A stretch of 64,000 bases of DNA from Trichoplax adhaerens (lineage: Eukaryota; Animalia; Placozoa), in the NCBI RefSeq assembly GCF_000150275.1, contig NW_002060943.1, forward strand, positions 2,296,738-2,360,737, read 5' to 3'. Each line of letters starts with the position of its first letter. Position 1 is the stretch's first letter. The notes under the pieces were generated by a model. That model did not search any database. It saw nothing but the letters and a program-made list of their open reading frames with translations, and was not told the origin of the DNA. Shown here piece by piece: positions 28,761 through 40,909 of this stretch. A program made the translations under genes and the position numbers.

Positions 28761-29992
28761 CCCATCACTTTTGTCACTTTCGGGCAATATTTTTCTTTCA
28801 AAATACAGTCAAGCTATCATAGAATGATATATTACATTGATGGAGAGATTCTGAAAGATCTGAATCTGGTAAAGTTAGAAAGTTAAACTTGCTCTTAAGT
28901 CCATAAATAATGAATGTATCGCTGACCGTTCTACTGTACCTGTCTTGATCAACTGTACTGGACACTACTTGTACAACATACTATACAATACTGTACTGTT
29001 CTGCATAGCTACCTTATTACACTACAGTATATCATCATCCAGTTACTGTATGCATTTCCTCATCATAAGCATTCTTCATCTACCGTACTGGACTCCTTCT
29101 CTGATGATCTATCTCCTCTATCTTCGTAACAACACCTGCTAACGTGTGTTGGTGATATTTCTCGAAATCTACTTTCTATCCTCCTCAATCTACGGACATC
29201 CTTTGGACATACGTACAGTACAGTGAACTAAATAAAATAATATAATATTGTACGTACAGTACAGTAATATGACTGACATTGTAACGATGACGAGTACCGG
29301 GTTGGACTACCGTACTGTACACTACAGTATGTGTCATGAATGTACAGTACGTACTTTACAGTACTGGACATTGTAGCCCACAGTACTGACTGTAGCTATC
29401 GCAAGCAAAAATAATGTCATCTTCTACATATACTTCCAGCTTGTAGAGACCGACAAGTTACAACGCTTCGGTTGAACCATAGAGGTACCTGGACGCGCGC
29501 ATAGGATTCTTTCAATACGGTAGTTACTCTACTCTTCTCAGTTTTGAGTACTGTACTGTAGTCCCGGATGAGTGAGTACAGTAGTCAACTGGAAAAAAAG
29601 GTCCAACGCGATTTCCAGTGCTGCCCTGGCTGTCAAGCTGATCATCATGATCATTCTTCAATTCATTTAATTCAAGATTTAATTTATTTCTACATCTGGG
29701 ACCGACAACAACTGATTACGCCACTATTGTACTATCTTACTACATATCAAGAATTGAACAGGAGTAGTATATTGCACAGATTGAGCAGGCAGGATTGGAC
29801 GTGTGTCAATCAACGTTTAATTCAACTGACTCAACAACAACAACAACAAAAATCGATTCCACTGCTTCCAAGGGCATCACTTTCATTGGCACTGGCCATT
29901 GGTGTCTAGTGTATGAGTTAATATCAAAAGTTTCTCCAATCTCCACTACCACTGGTCCTGTAGCCAGAAAATCATCCAATTCATTAACAAGC

Positions 29993-31331
29993 ATGGACAA
30001 TTCCCAAGTTATACCGTCTAATGGTGATAGCGACGCCATGGAAATTGAAACAGCCAATCAATTAGCTGATGATGGTAAGCAAATTGATAACTACCCTTAA
30101 TCACTGCAGATAGATAAATACTCTACCTATTTTACTCGTATACCTCCATGCCAAGTACAAGACGCAGTAATTTAAAAATAGATTCCGTCATTATGCCAAT
30201 TGGATGTTGATTCGTACAAATAGAATTAGATACATTTATTTCCAGTTTTCAACCAACGTGTTTTTATGCTTTGTTCCCTACTGTTTAAACTGTCTGAATG
30301 GCGGGTAGAAGCCAAAGATAACAATGATGATAGTATCCAACGCAAGCGATTTCTCGTCGAATTGGAATTCGTTCAAGCACTGGCTAATCCACAATATTTA
30401 AACTGTAAGCCATTATTAATACAGTAGACGGTGTTTTTCCCATTAAATAATGTGCACATTTTCTCTTACACTTAATCTATCGTCATAGTGGATAATATCC
30501 AATGAAAGGGTACTACTAGTAGTACAGCGGTACTCTTTGTATAGCATAACCAACATCAATCGTATAGCTATAGTTTAAATCACTTTGTTGCATATTTAGT
30601 TCTAGCTCAACATGGATATCTTAGAGACAGCGCATTTATCAACTATCTCGACTACTTACAGTACTGGAAGCAACAAGAATACGTCAAGTTTGTGAAGTAA
30701 GTATCATCGCTTGGCAATCAATTCACTGTACTGATTTTGTACTGAAAGTAATTCTCATCTTGTAGCAAATACTAAAATAACATAAGCATAACTTTAATGT
30801 TACATCATACAAATATTGCTTATAATATTCACTCACGATGGAGTTTATATCGTAACACGCGTAAAACTTTATCCATAGGCATTCTGAGATCAATTTTTTC
30901 AAGTACTCGTTAATTATCTGCCTATTACAGTGAAAATTTGTCCCCTTACTAAAGTAATGACGATTAAATAGCCACCGACATTTCATGATATTATCCACAT
31001 ACAGTATACTGTATCATTACTGTAAAACGGTACTATTATCTACAATGAAAGTGGAAATCTCACATGGCACTAAACTTACACCTTTTCAATTCTATAAACG
31101 ACAACTATTTCCTCACTTTTATCATCTGTTATTACTAGATATCCGCAATGCTTGCATTTCCTAGACCTACTGCAATCCGAGCACTTCAGACGGGAACTGA
31201 TTAATAATCCTTGTGCCAAATTTATTGAAGAGCAACAATTGTTGCATTGGCAGTACAATACTCAAAGTAAGATTAAAGCTGTTGTTGAAGCAGCACGGCA
31301 AATCAAACAAGGTACGATTCCTTTGACTTGA
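29993..31331 (+). CDS. MED31: Mediator subunit 31 (SOH1)
   Basis: Exons 29993 (or ATG 30038)-30074, 30309-30404 (RFLVELEFVQALANPQYLN), 30600-30696 (FLAQHGYLRDSAFINYLDYLQYWK), 31139-31331 (YPQCLHFLDLLQSEHFRRELINNPCAKFIEEQQLLHWQ, TGA). Confidence 0.95.
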
Positions 31332-34300
31332 TGCGAAGAAATTTTACAATCATATAAAGATAACAATACTATGGGTATACAGAATGCAAAAATCATTTTA
31401 TCAATGCAAGCCGATCTCATACTTTGCTGTAATAGTGTTCTAGTTGGACGAACGTTACGATTATACACTACTATTTAATTATGTCTAACATGATTATTTA
31501 TTTGTACGTATTTAGAAAGTGGGATTAATCGAAGTCAATACAACAACGAGACAGTTATAAAAAGATAGTGAAGCACAATAAACGATTTTTACATTATTGG
31601 CAGTAATGGTAACATCAGCATGCCTGTCCTGTCCTATTCCTGCCTGATGTAACTGTACTAAACAAAGGTGTAATCGTATTCTGTGATTGTTGTCATCGTA
31701 GATACGCGAGTCAACACGACAAATATTCTAGACTTGGGCATAATCATGTTGAATTTGATTGTGATCACGTAAATATCAACTATTGATTATAACATTGCGG
31801 CCATTATGCATCTTTTAGAGTTGTATTCATTCCTAGAGTTTTAGTTTTGATTAACTGACATCGAAACTGATGTTATTCCTCTATCCTAATATCTTTAATA
31901 ATCCTTTATCTGCACAAAAAATTATACGGCAAGCCCGTTACTGTAATCCCTCGTCGAAAATTCTATATACATCACGGAACTATTGTTGTAAAATCTATTA
32001 TTTTATATTTATCTGTTCTGTATGTCTATTTTATAGGATTTGTAATATAAGAGTTTGTAGAATAGAAATAACCATGAGATCATTGTATTATCACTGGTAT
32101 GCTATCTATATAATTTATAGTCGTAGTTATAAAAAATATACGTATCATTTTAGGCGATAATTTTTCATACGCGTAAGCGCTACTTCGACATTATGGTATC
32201 AACTGTACTGTAAAGTAAATATTATAGTCACTTCCGTTACTTTCGATGAATGATAACGATATAACTTACGCTCTCTCTTAATGCTGGTAACGTTGATCAC
32301 CTTGCAAGAATTTGTAAAACAAATGTAAAATACAGTTATCATGCGCTGTATGGATTTAACATATCTACATTGGTATGAAATTTCAATTTTCTTTTTTTCC
32401 GTAATTATTGTTATTGTTACTACTTGATAACTGCGCTGTAGCCTGGTACAAGGAAGATGAGAGTTACAAAATATGACCGTTTATCTTCTATATTACTGCT
32501 ATAGTTCAAAACAGATTGGTAAGGCAGTAAATATTGGATGTATTTCACATGCTCACCGCGGTGATTTCATTACCACTGTAGCAATTTGTAACATTTTATC
32601 CTACTTTTGAATAAACCCGAATAATTTGGCGGAATAAAATCACCTCGTTTCTTATAGAATACGAAATAATAGCATACAAAATAATGTAAAATTTTCACGG
32701 TGTACTTAGGGTATTGGTCGCTTTTACCCTATTATAAAAGCATTTCTCACAAAGGATTTAATATCCTGTATTAACACATACGCGTACATGGTTTTACTTC
32801 CGACAAATACATGTCACATATCTCTCTCAAATGTTAACTACAGTATATACAGAAAGCTGAAATTCTAAAGCGGATATATCTATAGTGCATTACAGCTAGC
32901 ATATTGGATCATAATGAACAGCATTAAGCCACGTTTTATAAATTAACCATTTACACAATATTTACGAGAGCTAGCGGTAGGTCGTAGGTGTTTACGAATG
33001 TTGCATATCTTGCCAGCTAATACAATTCGAAGGTAAATCAATCCGAGTTTAGAACTGTAATGAATGCATTACGTATCAAAACTTAAGAGTAATTAGATTA
33101 AATAAGATCGATAAGCTGTTATTAACTAACTATACAGTAAGTTAAATACTCAGAGCAAATTGGACAGTGCGATATTAAGCTAGTACATTAGTTCATTACA
33201 TCAGTTGAACGACTACACGCAGAATAGAAGAATATTTACCGCTAATGACGATGTGATGTATATATATATAGTATATATGTATTAAAAATTGCGTAGTAGA
33301 TACAGTAATACTGTATGACGGACAGTTGCACTCAATAAATGACACATTTCAAGTTCCTCGATAACATTAAAGAAATAACGTCACTTATTACTTTTGCATA
33401 TATCGACAGTTTTTACTCTCGCAGTTAAAATCCATAGCGATACGCTCGTATAAGCACAAAAGCTGTTCTATTCCACTAAGTATCATTGCAGTTGCTACAT
33501 AATTATTCTGCTACCGTAAGCAATCAAGACCACATGTTTTACTATACAGTAGATTGCCGTAAGGTGTGAGAAATTTGGCTCAACACAATCCACCTTTACG
33601 GTCGGTAACCTATAACTTTAAAAATCATATTAATTGGTGCTTATCAAGTGAACTAATTTGTACTTTTAAACGTTTTATTGTTATTAACATTCTTGCAGAT
33701 GATTATAAAAGTTAACTATACAAGTTATTTAAGGCATTTCTATATAAAATGCCTAATTGCTGTCGTAATTAAATCAACTCTCAGTTAGTATGGTAAAAGA
33801 TTTAAAAGATTTTATACTACTATGCTAAATACTACAGTAAGACTACTTAAAAGATTTAAATTGGTATTATATTGCAGAAAGAGACACCATTATTACACGT
33901 GATCCATGCGCTCAATAATGCCTAACTTGATACAAAATATGTTATGATGTGGACGGCTTAGAATATCATAATACTGTACTGTGTAATACACTAGTGCAAT
34001 CATTTAAAATTAATCAATTAACCCATACTAACATTACACACGTTAGCACTACATTATCCCATATTACTACAATTGAAAGAGACTAGACGGTTAAATAATA
34101 TTTTTATACGAACTGAAGGTTCTACAGTCAGTATAGCAATATCCATTATTAATCAGATTACAGTACTACAGTGTAGTACCGTATTCATGCATTGATCATA
34201 ATGTCGCATAATTGCTTGACTACTCATGAATAAACCACATGCATACCAAAAATTTCATACACTAACATCTAGCAATGCTCAGCTGGTACATCTCTAAATT

Positions 34301-34418
34301 ACTACCATTACTGTTACAGAAGTAGAAATCCTACTCTAAGGAAATGTTGCATGTTAAAGACTTGTCTTGATCATATCCTATGAGAAAGCAGTGCTTTCTT
34401 ATACGTCAGGCAACCATT

Positions 34419-36437
34419 TTAATCGGTTGGTCTTTTTTCAGCATATTTTCTCGTAAAATCTTCAGCGGACCTCATAAATTTCTTACGATCCTTGGAATAT
34501 TCTTCAGCAATGTCGGTACGCAATGGATGCTCAGGTTCAGGATCATTAATAAGGGCTATTAAGGAGAAAATAACTATATCGAGAGGTAGATAATAATAAA
34601 AATGATTAAAGCATGAATGGAAAGGAATCGCTTTAGCCCTACTTTGCAGAAAAATATCTCTAATACTGTTAATGTAGAACACCGATGATTGGGGGGAGGG
34701 CCTAATGATGCTCCTTACTTTGATCCGTTTTTGTAGCGGGCTTCCAATTTTCCGGAGAAACTATAGGTAAACACACTTGACCTTTTTCATCAATGTTTGG
34801 GTGATAAATTCTAGTCTTGAAAGTAATCTAAAGACAGTCAATAAACACTCGTTACACGTTTATGAATTTATGATTTTAAAATGGATAGGATGTCAGTTGT
34901 TTGTATCAGTAGCCAACAAAGAAATAAGCATGATCGATTTTATAAAGACAGGAATCCACAGCGACAATGCGATCTCCAATAGGCTACAGCCAAAGATCGG
35001 ATGAATTTTTAGAAAACTGAACAAAATACCGAACTGACCTTAGGAGGTTTAAAAGGATATTCAGCTGGATAGGTAATTTCTATTTTAAAGGCTCCTTTAT
35101 TATACGGGGCACTATTCTAGTATATATAAAAATATTTACATATAAGAGTGTACAGTTGTATGAAAGTGATCCATGATAGATCACATCTCTTCTATTAGGC
35201 ATTAGCAAAGCAGTTATGGTCAACATTTATTTTTTTTCAGGGTAATTTATTGGTAAGTTGTTGTTGCAACAGGATGGTATTACCAACTTGTTTCGACTAC
35301 GGATATAGGAATAGATTATTTTATTCCATACTCGCTAGTCATTTTATCTTACCGGAACGATTAGCCCTTGCCAGTTTAATATGTTGGTTTCATTCACTTT
35401 TATATCACGAAAGCCATTAATTTCATTTTTTTTCAATTCCGCCAATTCCTAAAGGTGCATACAATGAAAAAGAAGGTAGTCATTACTTATACCGTTGAAG
35501 TGATGAAGATTTTACCAATGCGATCACCCACCACGACAGTAAGGTGTGTTGGATAAATTAATTAAGAATGAAGGCAGTCGTCTACAGAGTCAACTATTGC
35601 ATGGTTTGATGAGTTGGTAACCGGCTTGAGTTGGCTAACGTGAAGAAATGGCTTTTGACGAGAGACAACGTAGCGCATCTCTACTATCATGACCGCGATA
35701 GACATTCAATTATTCTCATCACTCGCTGAATATGACATGAAGCATAGGAAAAAGCATATGAACCACTTGTCTAGTCATGGTCAATGAAGCAGCTTGCAAT
35801 TAAAAAAAAAAAAGGCAGACACTAAGGAGAATTCGAGCAAAAATTCGATTAGTTGATTTTGAGATACAGTAGGTGAAGAAGATTGGAAAGGTTCTACCGT
35901 CAGAGTAAACGTGCTAAGCGCTATGCATAGTCATTATCGCTAGCGTAGCGCTATACTGGACACTAGCATGGATTGGAGTGTAAGGTACTCAAAAGCATGA
36001 CAACGCTTGTAGTTTGCCTCATGCTGCTGGATCGATCATTTTAGCCTACCGTAGCCCTTCCAATGGTTCATCGTATAATATGAATGGATAGGCTAGCGGT
36101 GAAGATGGACGATTGCTGCCATGATTAGTGACTTTTTGGATACAACATAAGAAAGTTCTTGGTCGTGGTGAACAATACTGTAGAATTATCCACGTCAAAA
36201 TAGAAATCTACCCCACTGGATTTGTAGGGTAGAAAGTTCCTTTTGACGCGTATCTATCTTCCTTTATGTAATGTACGCTTCAAGCCATGGATTCAATGTA
36301 GCCCCTAAACTACTTTGATCAATCCATGAACAAGGCCATCACTGATACCTTGAATCCATTGATTAGCATTGAAACTGCGATCATGATTGAAAACTAGGAC
36401 GAAATCTTACCTTAGTTAAACGACGAGTAGCGGCCAT
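34419..36437 (-). CDS. UBE2L3: Ubiquitin-conjugating enzyme E2 L3 (UbcH7)
   Basis: Exons 36437-36411 (MAATRRLTK), 35448-35353, 35116-35039 ([11 protein letters not shown]), 34827-34719 ([15 protein letters not shown] with catalytic Cys; WKPATKTDQ), 34573-34419 ([24 protein letters not shown]...EKRPTD). Confidence 0.96.
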
Positions 36438-36679
36438 CTTCTTTGTACAGTAAGGTACTTACGTATGCACTGGTGTAGTTGAAGCAGTACAGCGTTTCAT
36501 TCGACTCTTGCGTTGATACCGCCCTATGTGCTTGTCCACTTGGGTATACTGTGTTGTTGTCGGGTCAGCCACTACGTCACACGGTCTAGTCCCCAAATTA
36601 ATTTTTCACTCTTCCTGTAACGTCAACTTTGAACGAACGATCTAAACGCTACATTGGCCCACTCAGCCATTGGCTTTTT

Positions 36680-37215
36680 TCTACAGTACTGCCCACTGTA
36701 CACTGTACACTGGACACTGGACTGGAGGGTACAGTACAGTGTGAACCAGTTCGAATCAGAGTACTTTAAGGTACCCTAAAATCACGAGTGTGAATCAAAA
36801 TGTAATAAGAATTATACGAATATAAAGCTGAATAACTTGGCTTTTTAGTTTAATTGATTAAAATAAGGTTATTAGAGCAACCTTTACGTAATATTGTATT
36901 AAATTCCGAATTTTCTACAGTACTAAGTAAAAAACATGGAAATCTAACCATCGCTCCTCCCAGGGTAAGATATCCTACAGTACAGTACAGTACAGCATGC
37001 GTCAACTGTACAGTACACTGGATAGTATTGTAGGCTACAATGTACAGTACAGTACAGTACAACTTGCGTCGACTGTACTGTACTGTACACTGTACTCGAT
37101 GACCTGTACAGTACTGTACACTAGACACGGGACTAGACTGGACTGGATAGTACTGTAGGGTACAGTGTACAGTACAACGTGCGTCAACTGTACTGTATAC
37201 TGTACACTGTACTCG
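36680..37215. repeat. (TACAG/CTGTA)n low-complexity cluster upstream of UBE2L3
   Basis: Dense CAGTACAGTACAG / TACTGTACACTG runs. Confidence 0.85.
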
Positions 37216-37628
37216 ATGACCTATCGAGAATTCGAGATGGTTTAGCTCGTGATTACTTTGCAAGTTCGCATGCTTGTTTACCAACTGAAAGTAGACTATT
37301 GCAGACTGTGCTGGTACAATATGACTATTTACCTTCGCATTCTTCAATGGTTGTACTGAAAGGCGAGAAAGAGGGATAGACAAAGACAACTGTTAACCCT
37401 AACCTTATACTATCCACACTGTACATGACGGGATGGACGATTTTACTGGTCATCTCAACTCAACTGAATGTCTGAAATGATACTGTACACTGAGTGTACA
37501 GTGCGCAATGGTCATCCAGCTGCTTGGTTGATTTTCAGCAACGTGGTGTACGCTTTCAGTGCTAACGTATAGTAGAATGACCAGAAAAATGATAGGCCCG
37601 TCGTCATTTTGCAGTCAGTCACCACAGT

Positions 37629-38203
37629 ACAGATCTGTAGCATAGGCGTAACATATTTTCACATACCGCTCATGGCTGGTTCAGGATAGGACAGAGTGAC
37701 GGAAAGGGACATCAAATCAGATCAAAACGCACGTTCAACTGTACCACTGTACTGGACACTGTGTACAGATCTGTAGCATAGGCGTAACATATTTTCACAT
37801 TCCGCTCATGGCTGGTTCAGGATAGGACAGAGTGACGGAAAGGACATCAAATCAGATCAAAACGCACGTTCAACTGTACCACTGTACAGTACTGTACTGT
37901 ACTGTAATGTACTGTACACTGTGTACAGATCTGTAGCATACTGTACAGTACTGTAGGTGTAACATATTTTCACATTCCGCCCTTGGCTGGTTCAGGATAG
38001 GACAGAGTGACGGAAAGGACATCAAATCAGACCAAAACGCACGTTCAACTGTACCACTGTACTGTACTGTACAGTACTGTACTGTACACTGTGTACAGAT
38101 CTGTAGCATAGGCGTAACATATTTTCACATTCCGCCCTTGGCTGGTTCAGGATAGGACAGAGTGACGGAAAGGACATCAAATCAGATCAAAACGCACGTT
38201 CAA
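37629..38203. repeat. Tandem array of 4 units: ~110-bp constant core plus variable TACAG linker
   Basis: ACAGATCTGTAGCATA...GGCTGGTTCAGGATAGGACAGAGTGACGGAAAGGACATCAAATCAGATCAAAACGCACGTTCAA starts at 37629, 37765, 37925 and 38095 (periods 136, 160, 170). Confidence 0.95.
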
Positions 38204-38352
38204 GTTCAGAAGATGTTCAGAAGCTACAAATTGCGCTGACCGAGAACGGCCTAGTGATCACGCTGACAATGGCAGGCGGTAGCAAAAGTGCACAGCAAAA
38301 GTTGGCGTACTCAAGTCGACGATACGATTTAGGCGTAGAAATAACTAACAAA

Positions 38353-39195
38353 AATAGTCAGTCTTCCCTATTTCCACTACAGTGAACGCCTAGTTGACGT
38401 ATTCTCCCTCTTTCTTGATTATTAGACCTCTTCTTCAAGTTCAATTCTTGTTTTAGAAGGCAGCAAATGGGAGTTCTACTCAATGAATGGTCAGGGACTA
38501 CTCAACCATTTTTCCCCTCTAAAGACGAGAAAAATGGTTGAGTAGTCCCTGGTATGGTAGTCCAGTGAACGATGCTTTGTATTCGAAATTTTAAAGATGA
38601 TCAAAGAACTCAATATTGCAGTAAAAATTTAAAATGATTCTTCATAAAACATCAAGTGCCCACTTTTCAAGGTTGTCAATTTCACCAAGGTATCCATGAC
38701 GGCCAATACATACTAAGGCATAGACTGATTACAGGCCGGTGAGCAGCAGCCGGCAATAACATAACATAAATTAAACCCATTCTGTACAGTAATTCCTCAA
38801 GCTAAAATGAAATGAATTTACTGTAGGATAATTTACAAACTATCACTATGTTGCCTTCTCCATTCAGCAGCGATCAAGAGAAATTTACAAACGCCAAATG
38901 ATACTCAGTGACGATTAGTTGACCTTAATCAATTCAGATACAGAAAATTAGATATCAACCTGGCATCATTGACCAATACAGTATACTGAATTGGCTATCA
39001 ACGCGAGGTATCGCTCACATGAACAAAATGAAAAATAAATAAATAAAACTCTCCATCATTGGTTAGGAGTCAACCTATCATTGAATAGTCATTCTTTTAC
39101 TGCTTAATACCTTACATTATCCACTTGTTAGGATTTGCATTATCTTAACGTGTTATTGGTTCTATTTCTATTTTTTTTACAAAATGAAAAATAAA
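38353..39195 (+). repeat. Near-identical direct duplicate of 63159-64000
   Basis: Same sequence from AATAGTCAGTCTTCCC onward, with only a handful of substitutions/indels. Confidence 0.95.
38492..38551. mobile_element. 60-bp hairpin element with perfect 23-bp terminal inverted repeats (second copy at 63297-63356)
   Basis: CAGGGACTACTCAACCATTTTTC-14 nt-GAAAAATGGTTGAGTAGTCCCTG. Confidence 0.8.
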
Positions 39196-39332
39196 TAAAT
39201 AAAACTCTCCATCATTGGTTAGGAGTCAACCTATCATTGAATAGTCATTCTTTTACTGCTTAATACCTTACATTATCCACTTGTTAGGATTTGCATTATC
39301 TTAACGTGTTATTGGTTCTATTTCTATTTTTC
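39023..39332. repeat. 156-bp tandem duplication
   Basis: ACAAAATGAAAAATAAATAAATAAAACTCTCC...TTGGTTCTATTTCTATTTT at 39023 and 39179. Confidence 0.95.
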
Positions 39333-39338
39333 TTTCAG

Positions 39339-40026
39339 ACGGAAATGCCATTGATGTTACAAACAAAAAAAATAGATACTCTTCCCAATCAGAAAATTAA
39401 CCTAACCTGCATTATCAAAAATATTTATAGCAATGTAGGCCATTACACTCTGTACAAGTGGTACATTTATAATGACTTCGCTCAAAATAAGCAACGTCAA
39501 GAATTTGTTATTGATAAATTGCAAAAAGTGCATCTCGATTTTTATATACTGTATGCTGGACTCGTTACGATATACTAAGGAAAAATGCTTTCGTCTACTT
39601 ATTCACAAGCAGTAAGCATATAGATAATTACAATTTAGAAGAATGATTTGATGCTCGTGACATGGTTTCTAATTATTTTATACATCACAACCAAGTTTAC
39701 CATCTAAACCAAGTATCTCTCGTATCCTGTTTTCCAACACCAAACCGATATGGAAACAACAACCAAGTCTACCTTGAAGGACGTTATATCAATTAAATGG
39801 AATCCTGTGAAGAACTTGGGTGGATCCAATGTTGATTATATTCTGCAATATTCCAATCGTACATAAACTGGTAGGTCCACATATTTGTATTGCACTGCAG
39901 TTAACCGTGGAAAAAAATATCAACATATCATAGAAATGGATCAACCAATCCGAAAATTGATCTACGACTTATTGCTAGAAACCACACAGGAAGTGCCTAT
40001 AGCGATTGGGAAGAATTTGCAAGTCT
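39339..40026 (+). pseudogene. Decayed Ig-like + fibronectin type III exons of a cell-surface receptor/adhesion gene
   Basis: After acceptor TTTCAG (39338): INLTCIIK...LYKWY...FVIDKLQKVH, then a frameshift to YCML (Ig C/W/YxC pattern). Then LPSKPSISRI / ISIKWNPVKNLGGSNVDYILQY-stop(39864) / frameshift / DLRLIARNHTGSAYSDW (FN3 pattern). Confidence 0.65.
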
Positions 40027-40084
40027 GTAAATCCAACAGAATAGATTTAGATTTAAAGCATAGCGAGTAGCAGTAAAGCGTTGC

Positions 40085-40909
40085 ATCTGTTAGGATAGAG
40101 TAGGAATTTAACTCAGTAGTAATAATAAATAGGATAAACCTAAAGAAAACTTTTGATAGTAACTGTAAAAGATATAGATATCTACGAATATAGCGTAGAC
40201 ACTTAAGTAGGAAGTTAACTGAAGTAAACCGGCAAAAAACCGTACTGCAAGAGACATCATTACATAAACTACCATAACTACAGTAAAGTGAATATCTCTG
40301 CGGCATACCGACACTTGTGATTGTAGATTTGTGTGCCATTTGATCAAGTATGAAGCTAACTGAAATAAGCTAGCGAAAATTGTGCTTAAGAGACTTCATT
40401 GCATAAAGTAACTAAAATAAAGTCATTAGTAATGTTTTATTGCTTTAGAAGTCATAAATTTCGAAATAAATTCTATCTACTTTAATTTATTGAGCTAATA
40501 GCTAAATGTAAATGCGTAACCATGAAGGGGAATCGCGGTGGAAACAGATAAAAATCCTCATGCTTCGATAGAATATCAAATACATGATTTACGATATTAT
40601 ATTAGGGGCGATCTCGGTTTGAAAGACCTCATTCCTCTAAAATATCTTACACTCGGTACAGCCATAAAATTTTCGAAAATTGATCAGTTTGCAATTCCCG
40701 CAGATTGGAATAAAGGATTTTTAATATTTGGATTTGCTGTTTCCCAACAAGATTTACAAACTTTAAGCCGTAGTAATTTGCTGAGCTGATGAAAATTTCA
40801 AATACTATATCTAAACGAATGCAAGGGGTACATTTATTATCGCTATTTTGGCTCTCGGTGATAATAGTAAGCATATACTCGTATAAACTGCAAATTTAAC
40901 CGCTTTCAT
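40085..40909 (-). pseudogene. Decayed leucine-rich-repeat extracellular protein
   Basis: ATG 40909 MKAVKFAVYTSICLLL (signal-like), a frameshift to a Cys pair (KCTPCI), then LRR-like strings broken by many stops: ILKILYSNLRELQTDQFSKILWL, VNHVFDILSK, VTHLHLAISSIN*SR*NLFRNL*LLKQ*NITN, AVRFFAGLLQLTSYL. Confidence 0.5.

Noticed and set aside
27763-28827. ORFs rich in YSTVQ/TVLYC (also 36850-38109, 50921-51118)
   Set aside because: These are translations of (TACAG)n repeats, not proteins.
29795-29992. Open frame upstream of the MED31 ATG with a (CAA)6 tract
   Set aside because: It starts at TTG, is low-complexity and has no MED31 homology; most likely 5' UTR.
31400-34400. 3-kb gap between MED31 and UBE2L3
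   Set aside because: No credible exons, RNA genes or repeats could be read; treated as UTR/intergenic.
37629-38203. Repeat-spacer pattern as a CRISPR-like array
   Set aside because: Repeats are ~110 bp, spacers are only TACAG microsatellite, the context is eukaryotic, and there are no cas genes.
40538-40789. 83-aa + strand ORF
   Set aside because: No motif or splice context; better explained as the antisense of the LRR relic.
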